Position numbers and translations under genes: made by a program. Below the pieces are notes generated by a model. That model was not told the DNA's origin. It worked only from the letters and a program-made list of their open reading frames with translations, and did not search any database. Of a DNA stretch of 64,000 nucleotides, positions 49,646 through 59,107 are shown in pieces; within the stretch, counting starts at the first letter, position 1, and each line of letters begins with the position of its first letter. Source of the stretch: an uncultured delta proteobacterium (lineage in GTDB: Bacteria; Desulfobacterota; Binatia; UBA9968); contig CAVSLC010000006.1 in assembly GCA_963728565.1 (NCBI GenBank), forward strand, positions 1 to 64,000, in the 5' to 3' direction.

Positions 49646-50698
49646 CTATCTGCGAGCTAGCTCGCGCAATTTCTTGTTCCATAGCTCATCGAGTTTCTCA
49701 TACTGATCGGTTGTGAGTCCCTGCTCAGGATACCAGCGCTTGAATCCGTAATCTTTGATTGGGCTGCCGTACTCGTATTGCTCAAGCACTTTTTGTCCGC
49801 CGGGACCTAAAATAAAGTCGGCCAGGAGCAGGGCAGCGTGTGGATGCGGCGCATTGGCCGAAACGGCGGTGGATCCCGAGTTGGACGGCACAATCTCCAT
49901 AGGAAGCCATTCGATGGGAGCATTGGCTTTGAGGGATACCTCGGCATGATTGCGGAAGGTTGTCGGCGATACTCCGACCTCGCCGGATATCACCATATCG
50001 AGAAGCGCTCGTCCTGAGACGTTATGAACCGCGGGATTTTGCTCGTTCAACTTCTTAAAATATTCTTCACCTTTGAACTTGAGCATCGCTCCGACGACGG
50101 TCACGCCGGTGTCGCTTCCCGCGAAGCCGATCTTGCCCTTCAGCTCGGGCCGCAGCAAACCATCATAGTTCTTTGGCACCAGGTTGGCTGGTATCGAATT
50201 CTTGTTATAAGCCAGACCGATGTGAGACTCGCGATCGATCGCCCAGTACACTAGCCCTTTAGCGTCCTTCTCTTTGACATGCTCGGGGTACTTTGTCTCG
50301 GTTGAGAAATAATACGGGGCGATCAGCTTATTGTCTTTCAAGAGCTTTAAAAGCGGAATGGTTGTTTCAATGGTATCGACGATGTGCCGCTTGGCCTGGC
50401 TCTCAGCGAGAATCCTGGCGCCGAGCTCCTGCCGCGTGCCGCGGTAGGATTCTACTTTGACGCCGGGATACTGGCTCTCGAAAGCAGCCGCGAGATCTTT
50501 GTACGAGCCGCCCGCGAGGGATGTGTACCAGGTGATTTTGCCTTCGGCTTTGGCGCCGGCATACAGAACCTTTTCCCGGTCCGGTTTGTTGTATGCCGCT
50601 AGTTGCGCCAGCGACATAGGTTTGACCGTTTGTGCCGATCCGGAAGAAGCCAAACCTAAGGAAAGAACCAATACACAGGTTAACATCTTTATCTTCAT
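49646..50698 (-). CDS. Extracellular solute-binding protein (Fe3+/polyamine-type)
   Basis: Signal peptide; AKAEGKITWYTS, APHPHAALL..DF.L...GQ. Confidence 0.88.
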   Translation of the reverse strand: MKIKMLTCVLVLSLGLASSGSAQTVKPMSLAQLAAYNKPDREKVLYAGAKAEGKITWYTSLAGGSYKDLAAAFESQYPGVKVESYRGTRQELGARILAESQAKRHIVDTIETTIPLLKLLKDNKLIAPYYFSTETKYPEHVKEKDAKGLVYWAIDRESHIGLAYNKNSIPANLVPKNYDGLLRPELKGKIGFAGSDTGVTVVGAMLKFKGEEYFKKLNEQNPAVHNVSGRALLDMVISGEVGVSPTTFRNHAEVSLKANAPIEWLPMEIVPSNSGSTAVSANAPHPHAALLLADFILGPGGQKVLEQYEYGSPIKDYGFKRWYPEQGLTTDQYEKLDELWNKKLRELARR

Positions 50699-50732
50699 CG
50701 CTGCTCCTTTACTTGTCGAGCTCTCATTTTTG

Positions 50733-51665
50733 TTAGTATCCGGTTTCTGCCAATTGATGATAGAACAGTTTGAGAAACTGCCGCAGCCGTTCGGGACGTT
50801 TGTAATGCGCAAACTCCTGGGGAACCTTAAATTCCTTTTCGATCTGCTCGACGGTTCTGCCTGCCTGCGCCATTTTAGCGACTTCGTCTCTCATCACGAC
50901 AAAATAGCGTCTCTGCTCTTCAAGATCTTTAATGCCGCGGCCGATATGAACCGGTCCGTGGCCTGGAATGTAGGTCTCGACGGCGAGACTGCGCGCCATG
51001 ATGCTGTCCAGGACTTTAATCCAGCCGCTGACGTTGGAGAAAAATACGCCGGCAGATTCGCCTTGGCCGGGATGAATCTCGGTATCGAGCAGGTCGCCCA
51101 TCAGCATCACGCGTTTTTGCGGAATATAAACCGTCAAGTCTCCGGTGCTGTGGGCGCGGGCTTCCGGCGTGATTTGAAACGTGAGGCCGCCGAAGTAAAG
51201 CGTCATCGGGCCGTCGATCGCAATCGTCGGCGTGAGCGGTTCTCCTTTTTGGTAAGCCGCGGAGCGCGGGTCTTTGGAATTTCTGCGCTCGATAAACTCT
51301 TCGCGCTCCTGCATTTGCAAATCGTGCGCTTGGTTTTTCGTCGCGATCCAGACCGGCGCGTCTTCGCGGAAATGCCAGGCGCCTGACGCATGGTCACCGG
51401 CGCTGTGCGAAGTGATCAGATATTTAATTTTTTTGTCGGTGCTCTTGCGGATAAATTCAAGTGTTTGATCGGCGTTTTCGATGTGGAAGTCTAAGACCAA
51501 AACGCCCTCATCCGTGATCACCACCGTTGAATTGCCGGATCCCTGAGAATGCTCCAGCATGTAAATCCCATCGGTGACCTTGACCGGAGTCATTTTAACC
51601 GGAGCCGCGGCTCCAGTCATAAACAGCCAAGCCACTGCCAGCGCTGCCAGGAGTGTTCCATTCAT
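50733..51665 (-). CDS. Secreted MBL-fold metallo-hydrolase
   Basis: SHSAGDH, AHSTGD, MGDL, IPGHG. Confidence 0.87.
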   Translation of the reverse strand: MNGTLLAALAVAWLFMTGAAAPVKMTPVKVTDGIYMLEHSQGSGNSTVVITDEGVLVLDFHIENADQTLEFIRKSTDKKIKYLITSHSAGDHASGAWHFREDAPVWIATKNQAHDLQMQEREEFIERRNSKDPRSAAYQKGEPLTPTIAIDGPMTLYFGGLTFQITPEARAHSTGDLTVYIPQKRVMLMGDLLDTEIHPGQGESAGVFFSNVSGWIKVLDSIMARSLAVETYIPGHGPVHIGRGIKDLEEQRRYFVVMRDEVAKMAQAGRTVEQIEKEFKVPQEFAHYKRPERLRQFLKLFYHQLAETGY

Positions 51666-51715
51666 TTGTATCTCCTCATGAATTGTCTTGTCGTGCAAGT
51701 TTTAGGCAGGCGAAC

Positions 51716-51790
51716 CGTGGATCGTGATCGTGTCCGTGGAGGCGACCAGCGAGCATTTTCGAACACACGAACACCTACCACGAACACGAA
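51716..51790. repeat. Periodic palindromic element, family D (6-bp CGTG/CACG units)
   Basis: CGTGGATCGTGATCGTGTCCGTG...CACGAACACCTACCACGAACACG. Confidence 0.55.
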
Positions 51791-51845
51791 TTGAAGGCGA
51801 GACCAAGGGAACGCACCGAAGCATCAAACGCATTGAAGAGCGCGC

Positions 51846-52730
51846 TTACGTGGCAATTTCTAGCGCCCTCGCCATATCGATTGTCCGGCGCGCGCGTTCA
51901 ACGATGGGCCGATCAATTAGCTGCCCTCCCATGGCAATGGAACCATCGCCACGCGCATTGGCCTCATCGAAGGCTTTGAGTACTTGCCGCGCATAATTTA
52001 TTTCTTCCGCGGTTGGACTGAACGTCGTGTTGATAGCATCAACCTGCGATGGGTGAATGCAGGACATGCCGGAAAAGCCCAACTGGCGCGCTTGCTTGGC
52101 AAAGTTTAGGAGACCCTGGCTGTCGTTTAAGTCGACCCAGACACCGTCGACCGCCTGCACGTGAGCCGCGGCGGCGGCAACGACGATGGCGGATCGGGCG
52201 TAGATAAGATCGCGGGCTTCGCCTTCGCGCGAGGTCGGTAATCCTATCTCACGGCCAAAATCTTCGGCGCCGAAAATGAGCCCAGTAATACGCGGCGAGC
52301 TCGCCGCGATTGCCGGCGCGTTCAATAAACCTTTGGGACTCTCGATCGCGATCAGCAATTTGACGGTGCCCTTTTGCATTGCCAACTGTGGCTCGCGTTC
52401 GGTCAGGATTGCATCGACTCTGCGTACTTCTTCAGGCGTATCCACTTTCGGGCAGACCAGTCCTTCAAGTCCCGGACGCACGACGGCTTCCAGATCCGCG
52501 TCCATGCGGGCGTGTCCAATGGCATTGATCCGCACATAGCGCGACGGTGTGCCCGGCGCTTTTTCTCGGCCCAGAGATTCGGCGATATTTTTGCGCGCGC
52601 TATCTTTTTCGTTGGGCGCCACACCGTCTTCGATGTCGAGCATAATGGCATCGGCATTCAGGCCGAGCGCTTTGTCGATCATTCTTTGCCGGTGCCCTGG
52701 CACAAACATCCATGAGCGTATGAGATCCAT
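51846..52730 (-). CDS. CitE-like CoA-ester lyase (HpcH/HpaI family)
   Basis: RSWMFVPG, DIEDGV, YVRIN, IESPKG, FGAED, IHPSQ. Confidence 0.92.
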   Translation of the reverse strand: MDLIRSWMFVPGHRQRMIDKALGLNADAIMLDIEDGVAPNEKDSARKNIAESLGREKAPGTPSRYVRINAIGHARMDADLEAVVRPGLEGLVCPKVDTPEEVRRVDAILTEREPQLAMQKGTVKLLIAIESPKGLLNAPAIAASSPRITGLIFGAEDFGREIGLPTSREGEARDLIYARSAIVVAAAAAHVQAVDGVWVDLNDSQGLLNFAKQARQLGFSGMSCIHPSQVDAINTTFSPTAEEINYARQVLKAFDEANARGDGSIAMGGQLIDRPIVERARRTIDMARALEIAT

Positions 52731-52878
52731 TGGCCTTTCTCCTATCGCAGTTCAAATACCTGAAGGGCTTGGAAATGTCTATCGCCAGCGTATGCGCGCC
52801 GTTGTTTGCAACCGCGATGCTTTTAGAGAATAAAAGAAAGATGAATTCTCAATCCTCAAAATTACAAATCCATCGACG

Positions 52879-54070
52879 ATGAAGGCGAGCACGGTTAAGC
52901 TTCTGGTGCCGCTGGTCGCGATCACAATTCAAAGCAATTCCGCTTCGACTATCATTCCGCCGTATCTTGATGATCTACGCATTCCTGTCGGCGTGATCGG
53001 CACCTTGATTTCACTTGGGCCGGTTCTCGCCCTGACATCGCGTCTCCCGGTCGGCATGGCCTACAACCTTCATCGCGCCCGATTGCTGATCACGCTGGCG
53101 GTTCTCGCCATGGGCGCGACGAATTTCGCCTACAGCCTTGCCACCGATACGATTTCGTTTGCACTGGTTCATTGCGTCAACGGCTTTGCCTACGGCGCGG
53201 TGACGACACTTTACATGGCGTTTTATGTCGATTCCTTGGCTGCTGATGAGAACCGCAGTCACGCCATGGGCTACTACGTGGGTAGTTTAGCGGTGGGCTA
53301 TTCGACAGGAAACTTTTTCGGCGGGCTATTTGCCGATCATTTCGGCTACGCGATTACGTTTCAGGGCGCCGCGTTCTTGTCGTTGGTGCCATGCGCGCTG
53401 TTGTGGCTGTTGCGAGGACCCGCCGGCCACGGAGTCAGGCAAAGCTAAAGAGAAGCCCAAGGTAAAATTGACGTCGAAGGTGTTCTGGCGAGCACTGCTC
53501 GAGCCGGGACTCGCCACCGTGGTCGTAACGGCGTTATTTCTCAATTTGCTGCACCAGATGGGCGGCGTATTCATTTCCCTTTACGGATTGGCCGTCGGCA
53601 TGACTCTGACGCAGATCGGCATCATCCGCGCGGCTTATGCCGGAGTCAATGCAATCACCCGCCCGATTAGCGGTCATGTGGTTGATAAAGTAGGCCATCG
53701 CCGTCTATCGTACGCCGGCATTCCGCTCCAATCCGCGCTGCTGATGTTGATCCCCTTATTCAGCGGTTTCGGCCCGATCTTGATTGTCTACATTATGTCG
53801 GGCCTGATGCGCGCCATCGTCATCGTCGCCAATGCGGTTGGCTTGGTGCAGGACGTCGATGAGACCAAGGTGCAGCGCGGCATCGCTTCAGCGGTTTATA
53901 ACTCGGCTGGGGACCTGGGCAATATCATCGGTCCCTCGATCGGCGGAATTATCGCCCATGCTACCAGCATCGCTGCGGTGTTTGTTTATGGATCGCTGGG
54001 ATCGACGATTCTATTTCTGCTGGTAATTTTCGCGGTGCGGCGAAGTGCAGGGATGAATTATAAAAGCTGA
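52879..54070 (+). CDS. MFS transporter, frameshift near 53430
   Basis: Two hydrophobic half-ORFs (52879-53448 and 53330-54070); GNIIGPSIGG. Confidence 0.85.
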
Positions 54071-54115
54071 AAGCTGAAACGAAGCCAACTCGATTGTCAT
54101 TCCATCTTCGTTCTT

Positions 54116-54240
54116 GCAGGCTGCTCAAAAGATCTCAGAGGCAAGGCGCGCGAAGTTCGATGAGCTGAGGCGTACGCTGAGTACGTTGAAGCGAATCGAG
54201 CGAGCGCAACGAAGCCTATGAGGTCTTTTCAGCAACCTGC
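54116..54240 (+). mobile_element. MITE-like element (125 bp)
   Basis: Terminal inverted repeats GCAGGCTGCTCAAAA / TTTTCAGCAACCTGC. Confidence 0.78.
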
Positions 54241-54243
54241 CTG

Positions 54244-55404
54244 CTAATAGGATTTTGGCATGCCGAGCACGTGCTGTCCGAGATACGCGAGCACCAAGTT
54301 GTTGCTCACCGGCGCGACGGTCAATAGCCGCGTCTCTCTAAATTTTCTTTCGACATCGTACTCCGCGGCAAAACCGTAGCCGCCGTGAGTCGTCAGGCAA
54401 GCGTTGGCCGCCGCCCAGGCAGCTTCAGAGGCAAGAAGCTTGGCCATGTTGGCTTCCGCGCCGCATTTCTCCTTGCGATCGAATTTCGTGGCAGCCTGAT
54501 AGCGGACGAGATCCGCCGCTTCGATTTGCGCATGGGCCTGGGCGATGGGGAATTGGATACCCTGATTCGAACCGATGGCGCGGCCGAAGACAATACGTTC
54601 AGAGGCGTACTTGGCCGCGCGTTCGATGAACCAGCGGCCATCGCCGATGGCTTCAGCCGCCACTAAGATCCTTTCGGCATTCCAGCCATCGATGATGTAG
54701 CGAAAACCCATCCCTTCCTGGCCAACGAGATTCTCCACCGGCACTTCAACATTATCAAAGAACAGTTGATTCGTATGGTGATTAATCATCAAGTCCAACG
54801 GCTTGACTTCAAGCTTATCTTTATTGTCTCGAAGGTCGACGATGAACACGGAAAGCCCGCGGGTTTTGTCTTCGAGCTCATCGTAAGGTGTGGTGCGCGC
54901 GAGCAGAAGCATCAGATCGGATTGGAGCACCCGGGAGATGAAGATCTTCTGGCCATTGATGAGATACTTCTCGCCTTTGCGAACAGCGGTCGTCTGAAGC
55001 TTGGTCGTCTCGGATCCGGCGTCGGGTTCCGTAACTCCGAAGGCCTGCAGGCGTAACTCGCCGGTGGCGATCTTCGGCAGATAACGTTTCTTCTGCTCGT
55101 CATTGCCATGGCGGAGAAGCGTGCCCATCGTGTACATCTGCGCATGACATGCTGTGGCCACGCCGCCGGAGTGGTTGATTTCCTCCAGGATGATGCTCGC
55201 TTCGGTAATACCCAGGCCGGTGCCGCCAAATTCTTCCGGAATCAACGCGGCGAGCCACCCCAACTCGGAGAGTTTGCGCACGAATGCTTCGGGATAATCT
55301 TTTTTGCGGTCAACCTCGCGCCAGTAAGAATCGGGAAAATCTCTGCACACTCTTTTGATTTCTTCTCGGATCTGTTGCTGCTCCGGCGTCAGGTTGAAAT
55401 CCAT
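54244..55404 (-). CDS. Acyl-CoA dehydrogenase
   Basis: IPEEFGG, FGVTEPDAGS, INGQKIFI, NAERI, HGGYGF. Confidence 0.95.
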   Translation of the reverse strand: MDFNLTPEQQQIREEIKRVCRDFPDSYWREVDRKKDYPEAFVRKLSELGWLAALIPEEFGGTGLGITEASIILEEINHSGGVATACHAQMYTMGTLLRHGNDEQKKRYLPKIATGELRLQAFGVTEPDAGSETTKLQTTAVRKGEKYLINGQKIFISRVLQSDLMLLLARTTPYDELEDKTRGLSVFIVDLRDNKDKLEVKPLDLMINHHTNQLFFDNVEVPVENLVGQEGMGFRYIIDGWNAERILVAAEAIGDGRWFIERAAKYASERIVFGRAIGSNQGIQFPIAQAHAQIEAADLVRYQAATKFDRKEKCGAEANMAKLLASEAAWAAANACLTTHGGYGFAAEYDVERKFRETRLLTVAPVSNNLVLAYLGQHVLGMPKSY

Positions 55405-55429
55405 TACGGCCTCCTATAATTAGGCCCTA

Positions 55430-55555
55430 GCATGCCGTTGAAAACACTCAAATACTTCGTTGCGCTCGTTCGGCTCGCTTCGACGTACTGCCGATGTACG
55501 CCTCAGCTCGTCGAATCTTCGCGCGCCTTGTCTTTGAGTCTTTTGAACGGCATGC
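55430..55555 (-). mobile_element. MITE-like element, inverted copy
   Basis: Reverse complement aligns end-to-end with 54116-54240 (shared CAAGGCGCGCGAAG, GAGCTGAGGCGTAC, CGAGCGCAACGAAG). Confidence 0.78.
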
Positions 55556-55609
55556 AGAGTCTGCTGGAATATAGCGTAATGCCTTCGATGCCAAAAGGGG
55601 AGATTTGAT

Positions 55610-56122
55610 ATGGCCGTCAAGCCGGGATGGGAAGGTCGGTACTTTGAAGATTTTGAGATCGGCGATATCTATCGGTGCCGGTTAGGACGAACAGTCACCG
55701 AGGCCGACAATATCTGGTTTACTCTGCTCACCAACAACACCAATCAGATTCACTTCAACAATGAATACGGCAAGCGGACGGAGTTCGGAAAATGCCTGAT
55801 TAACAGCGCTTTGACCTTGGCAATCGTTGCCGGCATGGGTGTGGCTGACGTGAGCGAAAATGGGTTCGCCTTGGGTTGGGACGAGATCAAATTGCCCAAC
55901 CCGCTGTTCGCAGGAGATACGCTCTATTCGGAGTCGGAAGTGCTGGAGAAGCGCGAGTCGAAATCAAAGCCGCAGTGGGGCATTCTCAAAGTGCGCACCC
56001 GTGGTGTCCAACAAGAAGGTAAAGTCGTCATCGATTACGCCCGCAGCGTCATGGTTTGGAAAAAGGCCCATGCGCCGAAAAAAGATCTTTTTCCCACCAT
56101 TAGGGAAGATAATAAAAAATAG
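55610..56122 (+). CDS. MaoC-family dehydratase (RipB-like)
   Basis: GRYFEDF.IG, GRTVTEADN.WFTLLT.N...HF, GDTLYSESEV. Confidence 0.9.
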   Translation: MAVKPGWEGRYFEDFEIGDIYRCRLGRTVTEADNIWFTLLTNNTNQIHFNNEYGKRTEFGKCLINSALTLAIVAGMGVADVSENGFALGWDEIKLPNPLFAGDTLYSESEVLEKRESKSKPQWGILKVRTRGVQQEGKVVIDYARSVMVWKKAHAPKKDLFPTIREDNKK

Positions 56123-56123
56123 C

Positions 56124-56300
56124 GGTTCAACAGTTCAACGTCAGATAAGGAATCTCGAACGCTTCGGCGCTGCTCGGCGTGCGTATCTTTGGATTTCCAG
56201 CAGACATTACGTGTTAAGGGTTGAACCCTGAATGGAAAATTCTTAAGTCCGCAAAATCTTCGTCTGACATTGAACGTTTGAACTTTTGAACGGTTGAACC
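56124..56300. repeat. Periodic palindromic element, family B
   Basis: GGTTCAACAGTTCAACGTCAG...CTGACATTGAACGTTTGAACTTTTGAACGGTTGAACC. Confidence 0.8.
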
Positions 56301-56321
56301 AAAGTATTATTTGGGAAAGAG

Positions 56322-57527
56322 GTGACCGTGGCCAGCAGCGTAAAACCAAACCGTGCTCTAGATGGTGTTAAAATTCTTGCTTTCGAGCAGGTCCTCTCCG
56401 GGCCATTTGCCACCTGTCTGCTTGCCGACATGGGCGCCGAGGTAATCAAAGTCGAACGGCCCGGGGTGGGCGATGTCATTCGTTCCTGGGATTCGGTCGT
56501 CAAGGGACTATCGTCGGGGTATGTTTGGCTTAACCGCAACAAGCGCAGCTTGACCGTCGATGTCAAAAAAGAAAAAGGTAAAGAGATCCTTAGAAAATTG
56601 GCCGGCGGTTCCGATATTTTTTTTGAGAATTATGCTCCTGGCGTGGCCGCGCGCCTGGGTCTCGGCTACCAAGAACTCAGCGAGATCAATCGGCGATTGA
56701 TTTATTGCTCCCTTTCCGGCTACGGCCAGGACGGACCGTATCGCGATGTTAAAGCATACGATCTGCTGATTCAGGGCGAAGGCGGAATCATTGCGACCAC
56801 CGGCTATCCTGAAAAACCCGCCAAGGCAGGCATTGCCATTGCCGACATCGCCTCCGGAATGTACGCCGTTATCGGCATCGTGCTGGCGCTCTATGAGCGC
56901 GAGAAAACCGGCGCGGGACAGCTTATCGACGTGTCGATGCTGGACTCTATCGTGTCGTGGCTTGGTTATTTTCCACACCATTACTGGCATGCGGGCGAGG
57001 AGCCCGGTCGCGCCGGCATGCGCCACCATTATGTGACGCCGTACGGGCCGTACCTTGCGGCCGATGGCGAGTATGTGAATCTCGCGGTCGCCAGTCCAGC
57101 GGATTGGGAACAGTTTTGCCGGGTGGTGATCGAAAGGCCGGACCTGCTAAAAGATTCGCGCTTTAGAACCGTCCAGGATCGACGAAAGAACCGAGGCGCG
57201 CTGGAAGAAATCATTGAAGCGATTTTCCTCGAGCGCGATCACAAGCATTGGCTGGCCCAGCTCAAGCAAGCCGAGATGCCGCACGGCATCGTCCGCGGCA
57301 TTGCTCAGGTGCTGGCGCATCCGCAAGTAGCGGCGCGAAAACTGATCCGTGAAGCGGATTCGCCGGTGGGGAAAGTTCCAGTGATCGCCAACGCGCTCAA
57401 GATGTCCGATAGCCCTGCGCGCTACGACCGCATTCCCGATTTGGGCGAAGACAATGACGCAATCCTGCAAGAGCTTGGATACGATCCGGCGGCGGTGGCG
57501 GAGTTGCGACGCGATAAGGTGATTTAA
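56322..57527 (+). CDS. CaiB/BaiF class III CoA-transferase
   Basis: LADMGAEVIKVE, NRNKRS, SGYGQDGPY, AYD. Confidence 0.95.
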   Translation: MTVASSVKPNRALDGVKILAFEQVLSGPFATCLLADMGAEVIKVERPGVGDVIRSWDSVVKGLSSGYVWLNRNKRSLTVDVKKEKGKEILRKLAGGSDIFFENYAPGVAARLGLGYQELSEINRRLIYCSLSGYGQDGPYRDVKAYDLLIQGEGGIIATTGYPEKPAKAGIAIADIASGMYAVIGIVLALYEREKTGAGQLIDVSMLDSIVSWLGYFPHHYWHAGEEPGRAGMRHHYVTPYGPYLAADGEYVNLAVASPADWEQFCRVVIERPDLLKDSRFRTVQDRRKNRGALEEIIEAIFLERDHKHWLAQLKQAEMPHGIVRGIAQVLAHPQVAARKLIREADSPVGKVPVIANALKMSDSPARYDRIPDLGEDNDAILQELGYDPAAVAELRRDKVI

Positions 57528-57533
57528 TAATTG

Positions 57534-57667
57534 TTCACCACGAAGGACACGAAGCTCACGAAGTAAGATATAGCGCCGATGAAAGATGTCATGTTTGTTT
57601 TGCGTCGAATCTTCTTCGAGCTGATTTAGTGAGTTACCTTCGTGTTCTTCGCGTGCTTCGTGGTGAA
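57534..57667. repeat. Periodic palindromic element, family A
   Basis: TTCACCACGAAGGACACGAAGCTCACGAAG...CTTCGTGTTCTTCGCGTGCTTCGTGGTGAA. Confidence 0.85.
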
Positions 57668-57683
57668 ATCTTCAAGGTGAGTC

Positions 57684-58253
57684 ATGACGAAACGTATCAT
57701 CGGGGTGATGGGCGCTTCGGAAAGCGACGCGCTCACGGATGCCGAAAAAGCCCGCCTCAAACAACTCGCAGAAAAACTCGGCGGCGCCATCGCCAAGCAC
57801 GATTGTATTTTGATTTCCGGAGCTACCACGGGCCTGCCGGATCTGATCTCGAGATCCGCGCGTGAACACGGCGGGTTTGCTGTCGGCATTTCTCCCGCCG
57901 AAAATCGCCGCGAGCATATCGAGCGCTATAAGATGCCGCCCGATGCGGCGGATGTGATTATCTATACCGGCTTTGGCCTTAAAGGCCGCAACGTCATCAA
58001 CGTGCGCTCGGCGGATATCGTCATCATCTTCGGCGGTGCGACGGGCACCTTGAATGAGTTCACCATCGCTTACGACGAGGGAAAAGTCATCGGCGTGCTC
58101 GAGGGTAGCGGCGGTTGCGCCGATCACATCAGGGAGATTATCGAATTCTGCAAAAAGCCGACTCGGGGCCTGGTCGTTTACCATACCGACCCCGAGGCGC
58201 TCATCGAGAGCTGCTTAAACTCAGTGCAATGTGATGACGGAAGAACAAGCTGA
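57684..58253 (+). CDS. LOG/SLOG-family protein
   Basis: IGVMG, ISGATTG, GRN..NVRSAD, GGATGTLNE. Confidence 0.87.
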   Translation: MTKRIIGVMGASESDALTDAEKARLKQLAEKLGGAIAKHDCILISGATTGLPDLISRSAREHGGFAVGISPAENRREHIERYKMPPDAADVIIYTGFGLKGRNVINVRSADIVIIFGGATGTLNEFTIAYDEGKVIGVLEGSGGCADHIREIIEFCKKPTRGLVVYHTDPEALIESCLNSVQCDDGRTS

Positions 58254-58483
58254 CAGTCTCATCAAGGACGTCTTCGGCTTTGGGCTCATAGCGCGGTAAA
58301 CGCCCCATCCCTCAGGCAACAGTCGCGGTCACCTTCCGCCGATCTACCTAAACAGGCCTGCATCCTCAGGCAAACGCAGATACGACGTCTTGACCTTCCG
58401 CAGCCTGAATCTGCGCGCACAACGTTGACACTTCCGGATGTGGCATGAAATACTCGCCGCGAACTATGGCATGGAGGATCAGC

Positions 58484-59107
58484 ATGGAAGAGCGAACGAA
58501 AATAGAGTTGGATTCGGACTCGGCCGCATTAGTGATCGTCGACATGCAAGTCGAAGGCTGCGAACGGCATGGCCCGGGTGTAAAACCGGTGATCGGCAAT
58601 ATCCGCCGCTTGCTCGATCGCTTTCGCTCGCTCAATGGGAAAATTATTCATGTGCAATCAGTCAGGACTAAGGATCATCCCGAGTTCACCGTTTTCGGGC
58701 GGCCTTATGGATTGTTGATCGGCAGCCCGGGAGCTGATTTCGTCGAAGAGCTTGAACCATTACCGGGAGAAAATGTCGTTCAAAAAACTTCACACGATTG
58801 TTTTTATAAAACGACAATGGAAACGGTTCTCCAGAAACTCGATCTGCAATCTTGCCGCGATAAAATCGTCGTCACTGGCATTGGCTCGAGCAACTGCGTT
58901 TACCACGCGGTTATCGGGTTTCACATTAGAAACTTTTACACGGTCGTGCCGGAAGATTGTATCCACGGTGTTCATCCGCAGTCTCAGCCGTTTGCGCTGC
59001 ACCAGTTCCGATCCAATGCCTATAATTTCAATGTAACCGTGGCGCGATCCGAGGATCTCACATTTACCTCCAACACAGTCGTTCGGCAGCGCGCTTCCGG
59101 CACATGA
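58484..59107 (+). CDS. Isochorismatase-family cysteine hydrolase
   Basis: D-K-C triad: IVDMQ, VQK, SSNCV. Confidence 0.88.
   Translation: MEERTKIELDSDSAALVIVDMQVEGCERHGPGVKPVIGNIRRLLDRFRSLNGKIIHVQSVRTKDHPEFTVFGRPYGLLIGSPGADFVEELEPLPGENVVQKTSHDCFYKTTMETVLQKLDLQSCRDKIVVTGIGSSNCVYHAVIGFHIRNFYTVVPEDCIHGVHPQSQPFALHQFRSNAYNFNVTVARSEDLTFTSNTVVRQRASGT

Noticed and set aside
32642-57667. CRISPR array
   Set aside because: Repeats are 6-9-bp units in dispersed hairpins, with no repeat-spacer periodicity and no cas genes.
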